Of a stretch of DNA of 64,000 nt, positions 35,101-45,833 are shown in pieces. Both the position numbers and the translations under genes were made by a program. Source of the DNA: Tubulanus polymorphus (Eukaryota > Animalia > Nemertea); assembly GCF_964204645.1 (NCBI RefSeq), contig NC_134030.1, positions 21,784,210-21,848,209 of the forward strand. Reading direction: 5' to 3'. The notes beneath the pieces are model-generated. The model was not told the origin of the DNA. It made no database searches and saw nothing but the letters and a program-made list of their open reading frames with translations. Each line of letters opens with the position of its first letter. Positions within the stretch are counted from its first letter, which is position 1.

Positions 35101-36658
35101 TTTGTTCACAAAAGTATGCAATTTAATAAGACCCCCTTTGTACAATTTGATTTTTGAGTTTAACCCCCTCCCTACCCAAAATGCGTACCTAATAATTGGG
35201 TGACCCCTTAAAAGGTAACTTTGAACCCGCCCTATGAAACTAGGCCCATGATGATGACCACAAAGATGAGGTAATTTTCAGTTGCTTTCCCTTAAGGATT
35301 TTATTCTATTATTTCAGTGAAGTGGATAGCTGATAAAATGAAAGGTAAATTGACTGGTAATAATACTCAATTTCGTGATGAGTTTGTGTTGATGTTTACA
35401 AAAGAATTCTAATTTCAGGTTTCACGGTTAAACCATCTGAAACTTATGGTATGTAATATAATTGTTATATACAGTTGATTATAACGGTCGCTGTCATCGT
35501 TGTTGTCACTGTCACTGTTCACTCAACACGAACATTTATCAGAGAACAAATTTGTAAAATCAAACTCAAATTCAATGAAAATACCATTTATAAATCGCCA
35601 AAATTCATTATGAAGTCATATTTTTCATTGGTCCCAATAGTGGCTTGACTATATTTATACATGTATCTTGTGTGGATGCCTCATCTGTCAGACAACTGGG
35701 CGGGAAATTGAGTAACAATTCATTAAAAAATCCTGACGTTTTTTTCAGAGAGTAATGAATTTGCTAGACTTGTACGAGCAAAAGGTAATGAATGAATTAT
35801 GTGTGTTAAAATTGATGTTATCGATTATGATAATGTTTTATGATGCTATACGTAATTTAATTTCTGTTTCAGTAATTGAAAAATCAAGAAATTTGATGGA
35901 TGAGATACGTGCTATAACAAATAAAAGTAATCAATATTGACTTCAATAAACATTTTACTGACTCGATAATTCCATATTCATGGATTCATGTTTCCACATA
36001 TATATATATATATAACGTGTCTTGTGGTCCCCAAACCGGAAAATCAGGAATTTCAAAATAATGTTCTTTAAATTCATTTTGCGCTTCAATTTTCTTCGGC
36101 GATCTTTTTTTGAAAATCTCCTTCATCCACGAATCACCAGTAAATGTTGACGTCACTGTAGTGTATGATGTTATCTGCTCAATTTCCATCTGGAAAATGA
36201 AAAATCACCCATGAAATACTCGGGTTTATTGACTTCATGTAATTGTGAGAACTATCCATAAATTCTGGAGCGGGTGATATATAGTTGTATAAAAACAGTT
36301 ACAAGCTGAACACATCTAAAACAGAGCAAACTCTAGGGGCTACTGATAAAGTATTGTGAATATAAGTTAAAGTTGACGGGTATCTACACTTAGGGAGTGT
36401 GCAGTTGTATTTGGTGTTTGGTTTATATTGTACATATATCTATTTATAGAAGCTCCTCGTAAAGAAACTGCTGGTGATCGTAGATCAGGTATTAACCGAC
36501 CAGTGAGTGATGATGGTGGGTCACCTGAAGGTGGTTTAGTGAAATATGAAGATGAACCTAAAGGTGCCTGTAGTCAGAGTGCTGCTGATGATAGTCACAC
36601 AAGTGACACCGCATCGAGTGGTGATCGTGAGCGGGGTGATATCGGTACACAAGTCTAG
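8106..36658 (+). CDS. Gene B copy 1: Ig-superfamily-like type-I receptor with a very long micro-exon-encoded cytoplasmic tail (~1490 aa, ~61 coding exons)
   Basis: Exons: signal peptide 8106-8220 (MKNLWRNPQKCLVIYVIILLNLMA...RVKRNT); Ig-like 9847-10137, 10235-10570, 11345-11680, 12113-12382; TM 13113-13211; 54 internal tail exons from 14400-14474 to 35873-35926; terminal exon 36450-36658 ending GTQV-stop. Every junction is GT-AG phase 1 and the joined frame has no internal stop. Confidence 0.85.
9262..9893 (+). repeat. 82-bp minisatellite made of the splice acceptor plus start of gene B exon 2 (8 acceptors)
   Basis: tttcag|cacctgat recurs at 9273, 9355, 9437, 9519, 9601, 9683, 9765 and 9847. 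Confidence 0.95.
9847..12382 (+). other. Four Ig-like ectodomain exons of gene B (291, 336, 336, 270 nt; all phase 1-1)
   Basis: One domain per exon, each with paired Cys (VSITC..W..YKC; LTCTC..W..IQC; EYTC..W..FRC; VTC..YRGRC). The fourth is the most degenerate. Confidence 0.8.
11800..12050. repeat. Intronic ~39-bp tandem repeat with tRNA B-box-like core
   Basis: Units ggcagaatctcatgatgtcatcaggttcaaatccctgc; expanded as a 78-bp unit in copy 2. Confidence 0.8.
16138..16251. mobile_element. MITE-like element (family also at 34698-34810 and ~54250-54363)
   Basis: Inverted ends ccgggcttatagactggtgttaactttaa ... ttaaagataatacccgcctataaaaccgg; a related copy sits elsewhere in the gene. Confidence 0.65.
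18420..18970. repeat. ~300-bp intronic tandem duplication specific to copy 1
   Basis: gttaatgagaaatc...atccagatgtattt...aaattctagtt occurs twice here and once at ~56700-56950. Confidence 0.8.
21705..21893. repeat. 22-bp minisatellite (acatctacagtaaactacattt)
   Basis: About 8 units; shorter arrays at ~27640-27760 and ~59753-59830. Confidence 0.9.
23082..23765. repeat. 27-bp intronic minisatellite (ggtcgactggtactgagtaagggtgaa) x~25
   Basis: Near-perfect tandem units between exons 22979-23026 and 23864-23953. Confidence 0.95.
26153..32021 (+). repeat. 15-micro-exon cassette II (~265 aa): 26153-26170, 26609-26656, 26745-26831, 27000-27047, 27551-27634, 27828-27872, 28039-28089, 28761-28805, 29350-29367, 30222-30269, 30530-30616, 30698-30775, 30868-30915, 31097-31150, 31986-32021
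   Basis: Duplicate of cassette I; all exon length differences are multiples of 3. Confidence 0.9.
31387..31875. mobile_element. Non-autonomous DNA transposon-like insertion
   Basis: TIRs aataaagacgtttccagtttcaaggcg ... cgcctagaaactggaaaccctttatt; absent from the homologous intron of cassette I. Confidence 0.65.
32158..32360. mobile_element. Foldback/MITE-like element
   Basis: Ends agcccgccgcacacggca ... tgccgtctgcgttgggct with internal aaaacgtttt palindromes. Confidence 0.6.
32930..34070 (-). mobile_element. Degenerate non-LTR retrotransposon (LINE) ORF2 3' fragment
   Basis: Minus-strand peptides KLFDMCVAPVAMYGCKVCG...PVLAELGR (33609-33857) and a frameshifted RMCPICNV..DELHFLFDC CCHC-type motif (~33060-33120), typical of the post-RT C-terminus of LINE ORF2. 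Confidence 0.7.
34279..36658 (+). other. Gene B tail final block: 34279-34332, 34417-34458, 34562-34603, 35318-35344, 35419-35448, 35749-35784, 35873-35926, terminal 36450-36658
   Basis: Phase 1-1, length 3n, GT-AG. There is no second copy in the window to confirm these, and extra exons in 32022-34278 could have been missed. Confidence 0.7.
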
Positions 36659-36979
36659 TACCTACCCGTCGTTCCCCAAAAGGTTTGATTCGACACTAAA
36701 ATCAGTTGTTGCATTGCAAGACATTGTATGGACAGTTTCTCACCAAACGTTGTAGGGAACCCGAAACAACGACTGGTATTCAGACTAGTACACAGGATTA
36801 TAACCGCCAGTCTCTAGTGGTGGAACTGGGTCTGGGTGGAACTGGGTGTAACTCACAACTGTGGAACTGTGTTTTGTATCACGCTATTATCAAGATGTTT
36901 GTTAATCTCTTTTTGATTGGCTTGAATCATTTGAGATTTAATACGAAAAGAAAAAGAAAAAGATATGAACACAGTTTCT

Positions 36980-36985
36980 AATAAA
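36980..36985 (+). promoter_or_regulatory. Candidate polyadenylation signal of gene B
   Basis: AATAAA ~320 nt after the stop, followed by T/GT-rich sequence. Confidence 0.4.
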
Positions 36986-37809
36986 ATATTTATCTTTGTT
37001 ATTCGGTTGTATGTAATTTCTGCGCTATTTGATTACTGTAGATCATTGATTGATTATTGCTGAAACGATTAATTGTAATAACATTAGTTAATCAAATAAA
37101 TATATTTTCTGCTTTTATCTCTCATAAAAAACTGATGTCTCGTTTTTCCGCGTCGTATCTGGTTTTTTTCACTAGCGAGAAATCTTCTCTTTGTTTTGCT
37201 GAAATCTGTGAGGCTCACATTTGATTGTTTGACTTTTATCAGTCAAAATACTGAAATGTGCTAAAATATACAGTGTAACTGAAGTAGATGAAATACAGTG
37301 CAACTGAATGATTGCAGTATTGTATTGTACCGTAGTTGTAACTCTATCGAGCAGAAATAAATTGTAAACGAAATTTCTTTTTGCTAAATCATCAGCGGTT
37401 GTTCTTGGGGAATATTAGGCCTACATTGTAGTCAAACTTACGCTGTATAACTGTATTATGATACAATGTAACTGGTTTACTGTTTTACTATATATAAAAT
37501 ATGTTTTAAGTTGAAACTGTAAATATGCATTGCTGATTGATTTGATAAGTTACTGCATTACTGATTGGTTTGATTGATCATTGAAAACTGTGATTAGTTT
37601 TATTTCATTTAATTGAAAAATTGAAAAAAATTTTGTAAAAACGTGACATTTAATGAAACCATTGATGCGGTTTATAAGATCAGCTACACGCGGACTCCTG
37701 GTAAAACTTTGTGCCGTGGTTTTGCTAGAAATTGCTGATAATGTAACGTGCTAATTTTATTCGCTTGAATAAAAGAATTTATCTTTATAAATAAAGTCAT
37801 TTATTTCTT

Positions 37810-37980
37810 TTTTATCAACCGCAGCCGGAGTAGAACCGACCCCGGGTCGGATGAGGTTGACTCTTGGTCATGTCCAATCTTACCAATAGCTTCCCGTTAC
37901 CCCCAACTCTAGCCGAATAGGACTCGAACCTAAAATCTTCAGCGTGCCAGCCGAGCACACTAACCACTAGACCATACACC
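37810..37980 (-). mobile_element. tRNA-derived SINE-like element (unit 2 copy)
   Basis: A box TGGTCTAGTGG and B box GGTTCGAGTCC on the minus strand. Confidence 0.65.
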
Positions 37981-39382
37981 AGTAGTTTGTAAGTGCGTGT
38001 CTGGTCAGTGTGGTGAACATTTATCTGTGGTGACTATCAGTCGGGTGTGTGGTGACTGGTGACCATTCAGGTGCGGTGACTGGTGAGTCAGATGTGGAGA
38101 CACTATTCACTAACAGTGCCCGCTCTATCATTCTGTGTTACAGTTACAGCAGTTTCAATGCAATTGTCAGCAATTTCTAAGAAAGTCGTTTCGTCCTGCA
38201 GCTCCTAAAAGTTGCCTCTTTTTCCATAGATGAAGTAGTCGAAATTACACCTTGTATCCATCTCTGAGACTTCTGCCTTCCCGACATCGTGAATGTATTT
38301 TACAATCTCTCGGAATTGATATCTTTTATTGTATTTCTTTAAGATTTTCTAATTGATATCTAAAAGTTTGATAATTTTTGATTTTTCAGTTTCTAAAAAT
38401 GTATACCTTATTTTGAGTGGAATGGATTGATTTTAGTAGAGACCCGCAGTTTATGGAGCGTAGATGGATTATAAAAGTAATAGTTCATTGACTCCAATAG
38501 GTGTAAAATGCGATACATTGTTAAACCATTCTTGTCGTACGTGGCGTTGACCTCTTTTACCCGACTGGTATTTCTTCACACCTAAAGGTGCTCGCACATG
38601 TCACCCGTTATATCAAACGAGCACCGATACCTCTTGTGAAAAAATCATGAAATTCAACGAAAAGCTTAAGATGTAACTGATTAAAGGTGAGTTTGTTGAA
38701 GTATTTAACTCCACTCCAGTCGGATCTGTTCAACTCGGAGATAACCGTTCAACTCAGAGATAACCGTTCAACTCGGAGGATAACCGATCAACTCGGAGAT
38801 AACCGTTCAACTCAGAGATAACCGATCAACTCGGAGGTAAGCGATCAAGTCGGAGATAACCGCAACTCGGATGTTGAAATATGTTTTTACGGCAGTATTT
38901 AAGAAATACATATCATCCAACTCGGATATCCCTCATCAAGTCGGACACTTTTTTTTGCGGTTCCAAAAGATCCGACTTGAGCGGAGTCTACTGTATTCAA
39001 GAATAAGAGTCAAACTTATACAGGCCTATATGCCACAATTTCATCTTTCAATTTTCTGACCTAAATTCTAAAATTCTAGTGAAACTTTCGACGATTTTGA
39101 AATATTTTCTGAAAGCGGTGAAAACTATGCATTTTGTACAAAAATAAATTTACAAAGCAGTCACTATTTGTGCCCCTGGACTTTGGACCCCGGGGCTGAT
39201 ATGTAGGTCATACGATTATTGAAGGACGACCAGTGATTTTAACACCTTTCGCTTCCTGCTCAACGCTCGAATATATTGAATGTATCACCGGCGCTGATCA
39301 TCAAAATCTTATCTTTAACTTCCTCAATTATCAGACGAAGTGGAACTCGATTATTATCCTTTATTCTGTACTCTGTATCACA

Positions 39383-42300
39383 ATGATGAACACACGTTCG
39401 TTCTTGATAATATACGCGATTTTATTACAACTTGGGAACTTAAACAGCGCAGAAACATCTGGAAATAAGACGCATAATTCAAGTAAGTCACTCGAACCAA
39501 TGATAGCTTTTTCTGTTGTGTCGATTTCATAGATTTCTGTCGATGAGAATTCAACAATTCAAGGTGTTTGAGACTCCCCGTACATAGGTCTAGCTATACT
39601 AACGGGATCTATAAAGGGCCTGTCATGTGAATAAATTACCTAGAAGATGTTGCAGGCCCGTATGCTGCCTTTCTTTGTTGTGGGCAGTTCTCGATTACTG
39701 TATAGGAGGGGGAGCGTTTTGTGGGGATTCCCCAAGAAAACTTTGATCATTTAAAGCCATCAGTTTGAATTCATTACTGGCTAATTTATGTATAGCTGTA
39801 AACAAACGACTGTGTAGGACTGTGTAGGAACTAGAGATTTTGCTGGGGGGAGGGGGTCACGTGGTGGAAAAAGGACCTCAATAGATTATTCGAAGTTTGT
39901 GCGTTTTACTGTTTCATAGACTATTCATATTTATTTATTCGTTTTCAGTGATTTACCCGAAGCCTGTTCCCGATGGAAAACCCGATATTAAAACAAAAGG
40001 ACAAACGATTGAATATATTTGTAGAACTAGTGTTAAATATCCTACAGTTATATTCCAAAAGAAGAGAAGAGATTCAGAACAATGGGAAACAATTCCAGAC
40101 GAACTGATTCGTATAACTAGAAATGTGAAATATATTACTTCTGCTTCACTAGAATTCAAAGCAGATTTCAAACTGCACAATGGAACAACATTTAGATGTC
40201 TCGTTCTTAAGGAAGGCCAAACAGATTTTGATTATCTTCAGTTTGATCTAATCGTAGTTCATCGAACTGGTAAGTAACAGTTTTAAAATGTGAACCTTCC
40301 CAGTCTGGAATCCTGCTACTAAATAAACATCGAATCTATCAAAACAAATTAATATTGAAACACAGCATCCTGTTTCTTTTAAATTACTTCGCAGTCAATT
40401 GCATGAATTTATAGTTTAGCAGCTACGTATCAAAAGTGCGTTTATTGTAGCGTATGACATGTACATTTTAATGTATTCTGGAATTTATAGAAATAATTCT
40501 CAAATTGACGGCCATACGACTCGGCGTGAAATTCATATTTCTGTTTAACGGATATATAGCCGACAGTTTAATTTGTTGTAGCTTCCTCTTTCATATACCC
40601 GTCATTTGTTCATCCATTTCTATCTCCGCACAAACATATCTTCTTGTGTCAACTACTTATTTCAAGGTCGCTTGATGAGTTGTTGATTTTAAATTTTGTA
40701 TATTTGATATTTAAAAACCTGAATTTCTTCATTTAAAAAGTAAAAATTTGTCGCCCTCGTCATTTTTGGAACTGGGAATAAAGCTTTTTATTATGTCTTT
40801 TTATTTCAAAAGGGATGTAAAAATAATAAGTATCGGCCGTTCTTGTCACTTTCCCAAAAAGGGGTTGATGAGAAACAACCATATTTATTTGGTATTAATG
40901 CACGCGTCAGTAAACTAACCAAACACAACCCAACCACAAACAGTCAAAGTTACTTTCTACAGGTAATTGTTTTTCTCATTTCAGATTTGAATCAAATCCC
41001 GGCGACTGAAATCAGTAAATCAGGGTCAGTATCTATTTCACTTAGCGCACTACATAAATCATATCATATATGTATATCATTTCTTTGTTGTCGATGCTTT
41101 TTGTGAAATAATTTTGAATTGATATCTCACTCGTCTCATTGGCTTCCGATTAACAGTTCACCTATCATTATTCATCTCAATTTTCACATTTTGCCACAAA
41201 AGGTAACAGTACGGGCAATTGTAAAATATGTGACCTCGATATCGCTACCACGAGCCCTGCCTTTTCACTTCTGAGCCCAGTTGCACAGTCGTGACTTAAG
41301 TCCAAAAGTAGTCTTAAATCTTAAGACTAGTCCTAATTTATTAGATTGGCAATAGAACTAAGTTGGTCTTAGACTGGTCTTAAGTCTAAGCCTTGACTAT
41401 GCAACCGGCCTCTGTTCTGCTGGTTTATCTTAATTGTAAATTTCGTCCTTTTCATTCAGAGTTCGTCTGCTTACTGCTGAAAATGTGGCCTCGAAAAACA
41501 AGGTCATTATAAATTTAAGTAATAATCCAACTAACTTGTCAAATAAAGTCCCCCGGATCCCAGACACAGAGTCGAATTAAACCCACTGAACTGTGAACCT
41601 TGATTTAGGATATAAAAGCGAATTGAATTTTGTAATATAAACTGAATGATTAATTGATTGATATTTGCAGCTTGTGTTGAGGTTTGATTCTATTCTGTTG
41701 GTTTCTAGTTTATACCCGCGAATTGTCATCCGGTATATTCTACATCCTTCGAGTTTTCCTTATTTTTCTTTCTCTGACCAAATCGGTATACAGACTGGAC
41801 TGGACCACAAACCTGACTGGACCATGATGATAATTTACATCGCTTGTGGAGCTATCGGTTTCCTCCTCGTCATCGTTATCATCGTTGTCATCGTCATTTG
41901 CAGGTTTGTACTCGTTAATCTCGGGCAGATTTCATATCTAAGATAATGCCCCTATGACGTCATATTAACACGTTAAATAATTTGATGAATCAGTGACGTT
42001 TTCGAAAAAAAGATGTCTTCATTCGTAAATTTGTATCTACCTCTGCGCCGATTACTGGCTGAGTCAATCCCAAATCAGCAGGAATAATTCAATATAATGA
42101 CCGAAATATCCGAAATCTAAAATCTCTTCAACGCTTAAATTACCCATGTTTCAGACGCAGGCGATTGCCAGGTGAAGGTCGTGTGGAGGTTGCGACACCG
42201 CAGGTACTCGACGTCTATGACGAGTTGTATGATGACATAGATTCTGTTACTGTGACTGACAAACTGCACACCAGCGATCAGAAAGTTACTACAGATCCGT

Positions 42301-42665
42301 ACGCGAATATCGAGGCCGGGAACGACAAAAATACGGCTCCGTACATGGATATGGCAGCCGCGAAGGGTAAAGACACAGCTTCATATATAGATATGGAAGC
42401 CGGGAAGGGCAAAGATACAACTCCTTATATGGATATGGGACCCGGGATAGAAGAGGATACGTACAGGAGTACGGAAACCGGGAAGGACAAACACACAACT
42501 CCTTACACGAATACCGGAGCCGAGAAGCGCAAAGATAGACATAGTTACGTGAATACTGAAGCCGGAAAGGCGCGCCGTTTGAAGAAAGATACTGATGAAC
42601 CCGTGAAAGATGATGTTGAACTTTATTCTTACGCTACTGTTCAATATACTCGCAATAGGCGTTAG
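39383..42665 (+). CDS. Gene A copy 2. Exons 39383-39482, 39949-40269, 40985-41024, 41460-41502, 41794-41903, 42155-42665
   Basis: Same structure and splice sites as copy 1, intact frame, few amino-acid changes. Confidence 0.85.
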
Positions 42666-44645
42666 AGGGCGCCATTGAGCAAACGACCACTGATTATACA
42701 TATGCAAAACATGAGGCAATTGATACCTAATTTTTCATAATCTGCTGAGCTCAAAAGTAGAATCAGCTGCATGCATACATTATTCATTTCTAAAAATAAC
42801 AGACCCGGCAGTTTTAGAAATGAACTGACTACATATTTTATTCTAGTTCACAAAAATGACCCGGTCGACTAGGAGAAACAATTAGGTATGATTCACTAGC
42901 CTAAGTTTTAAGTTTTTGATATGTACCAGTAGTGTATTTGATGATCAAACTAAGGAACATCAATTCACTTCGACAATCATTCAAATTCCACTTTTAGCAA
43001 ATGAAGATTATAGGTGAAATTGCGATGTCAAATGCTTCAGTTTACAGGGCAGTATTCAAACTGTGAAAGTATAAATTCATGATATTCAGCTACCGATGGC
43101 CTCGTAGACTCTTATGAGGACTTAAGTTTTTTAAGTGCCAATTGACTTGTCAAAATCATCTTCAGGGGCGTATCCAAGTAAGGCCGAAGCGGCCTCCTCC
43201 CCTTATCTATTTTGCCAAGAAAATATTTTCACAACATGGATTAGGAATGTAACAAATATAGTAGAAAGTCTTTGTCATTCATTTTGTTATTGATTTACTC
43301 TAGATGCCCCCAGAAAATGATCCAATCCTGATTCCCCTAAAAAGATATATAAAATATGGTATAAAATCCGTCAGTCTTATTCTTTTCTTGATGATTTATT
43401 TTCTTTTTTCCTCTTTTACTACTTCGGTCAAACAAGATACATTACACGATGGTAAAAGCTTTCCTAAAATAGATGTGTTTTAAGATTTCATTCAGAAGTA
43501 TCGACGGATGAGGATTCCGGAATACTGGACGGTCAAACATTCCACATTGTTGGGACAGTGAACTTCAAAGCTCTATTGCCAAATGACCTTCTTGGAGACA
43601 GGTTTGACTAGAGGTGTTATCATTTATATCCACTCATATTCTATTCATCCATTATTAGATCAAGCACATTCTAATGATCTTAACATTTTATCAATATGTT
43701 CATTTCAGTTACTTTCACTTTGTCTCACTTTAAACCCTTGTTTTAGTCTCTGGTTTGCAGTTACACATTTTTTCATTTAATCAGACGGTTCACAGATCAT
43801 TTCGTGCCTCGATATTTACCAACCAATCACTTCGTGCCTCGATATTTACCAACCAATGATATGTAGATGAACCGACCGATGTGTTTTACCAGGTGTTATC
43901 ATTTATATTGACTCATATTCTATTCATGCACAGCGTTTATCGTTGACTCAATACATTTTCATAGTTCTATTATTCACCCTCTAAGGATTGTATTTTATAG
44001 GATACTTCCATTTTTCCACATATTTTCTTCGGGCTGATAGAACATCTTATGTGAAGTTAACAATTGATCGATCAGATTTTTTGACTTTTTAAATGCATCA
44101 GAATCGAGGATTAGTTGCTTTGTTTATGGATATTTAGAGTAGTTTCACTTTGTTTTTATTTCATTAAGGTAAAAATCATTTCCTCCTCTTTTCACATCTG
44201 GGTTTCGTTTCATGAAAAGTTTTAAGCTTTAGACAGTTAAATATGAATTGTTGTCCTCATTACAAACTTGAAGTAACCAATCATAGCAGCTGAACTTGAG
44301 AGATTCAAGTTATTTTTACTCTGTTTTGTAATATTGGACCCTGAGCGAGACTCCTGGTTTTGATGTACACATGTCTTGTATGCAGTGACTATCCATCACT
44401 TGGACGTTACCAAAAATACGAATGAAATTGAAATGCTGGTCGAATTAATACTAGGAATAGTTCGTTAACTCATTCGTCTCCTAGGAATCGAATTGACGTT
44501 TCGTCTTCGTAGTTCTCAACTTCCGCGACGATTCTAAAATGAGAACTACTAAACCGAAACGTAATTTCGATTCCTAGGTAGTTAAAGAAATACGATCTTA
44601 TTCCTAGAATTAATTCGGCCATCATATCGCAAACCCCCAATCAGT

Positions 44646-45770
44646 CGCTTGCCGGCTCTGCCAAGACTGAAGATCCTTTCAGAATCGAATCAATTATACC
44701 AAGATAAGATATTTATTTCACTCCAACCATAAGAATGGTACATGGAGGCAAGATTGAATACAAAATATGAAATATAAAAATTTACAAAACATAAACAGAA
44801 TTTTATACATATATACTTTCAGACGAAGCAAATGGGAAAATAATTCTATAACAAAGTTAAGATCCAATTTTTCAGTAAAACAATTTACAGACAAAGCAAG
44901 TACAGAGATTGAATTATATACAGCAAAATATACCACACGTATATACATATACACAATTTACTGGAGGGATTTTTATAAACTTAAACCTAACTCGATAAAT
45001 TGAGCTATTTGTGGGTTAGGATTCGTTAATATTTCAGAGTTTCTGGACATACTTAAATGGATGGAATTATCACGCATATCATATAACATTAATGAAATGC
45101 AGGTCATCTCCTCTCTGACTACGTTACAGGCGGGGCACAGTCTTTCACTTCTGTATGAGCGTTCGATCGATTATCTACCGGTAACAAATAGGAACCAATT
45201 CTGAATTCGAATGAGCTATAACGCGCAAGACGATACTTTCAAATTTTCAGATATTTTCTTGAACATGTGAATTTAAAAATCGATCATGTATAAGTTTGTT
45301 AGACTTTTAAGTGCATATCAGAATGGGTTCACTTAGAATGGTTTAGTTTGATAGAATAGTTTTACTTTTCTGATAAACCGTTTTTCTTTTCATTAAGGAA
45401 AAACTCACTTTTTCCTAGACTCACTACACACCAGAGTTTGGTTTACTCCAGACGGTTATATTTGAAATCCATTATGAGTTTGAATTACTGTCCTCATTAA
45501 AAACTTAAGTCCTCACCTCATCAAGTTTTCTTCACTTTTTTGTGAATCGGACCCTGACCTACTAGTCTCCTAGACTTGATGTATATCTGTCTGCGGTAAA
45601 ACATTGAACACTTTTAATTTTTGAACACCATTAATTTCCTATTCTTTTTGCATACCGGTAGAGATATTTACATCTTAACAATTGAACACCTCGTCTATAG
45701 AATTTCATAAAAATGCTTGTCGACAAGAGGTTCCCTGTGCAAGAGCGTCGTTGTAAGATGTGTTTAACTG
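44646..45770 (-). mobile_element. Copy-2-specific ~1.1-kb segment: degenerate LINE 3' end plus a diverged duplicate of upstream sequence
   Basis: Absent from copy 1 (junction ccaatcagtc|...|ttttctgtatgtga). Minus strand has RLCPACNVV..GDDLHFI at ~45095-45145; ~45300-45590 resembles ~44075-44370. Confidence 0.55.
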
Positions 45771-45833
45771 TTTTCTGTATGTGACGATGATCTGAGGTTT
45801 GTGTCTTTATATCCAGGTAATGAATGAATCAAG

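Larger units (their letters stand above)
1..37064 (+). repeat. Tandem segmental unit copy 1 (~37 kb; gene A + gene B)
   Basis: Colinear near-identity with 37065-64000 (2722 vs 39383, 8106 vs 45834, 20284 vs 58335). Window start gtaacaattaattgtaattacattagtt matches ~37065 aacgattaattgtaataacattagtt. Confidence 0.95.

Noticed and set aside
2722-36658. Assigning gene symbols (Alr, Dscam, nectin, hemicentin, MEG)
   Set aside because: Only architectural analogy; no recognisable sequence orthology without a database search.
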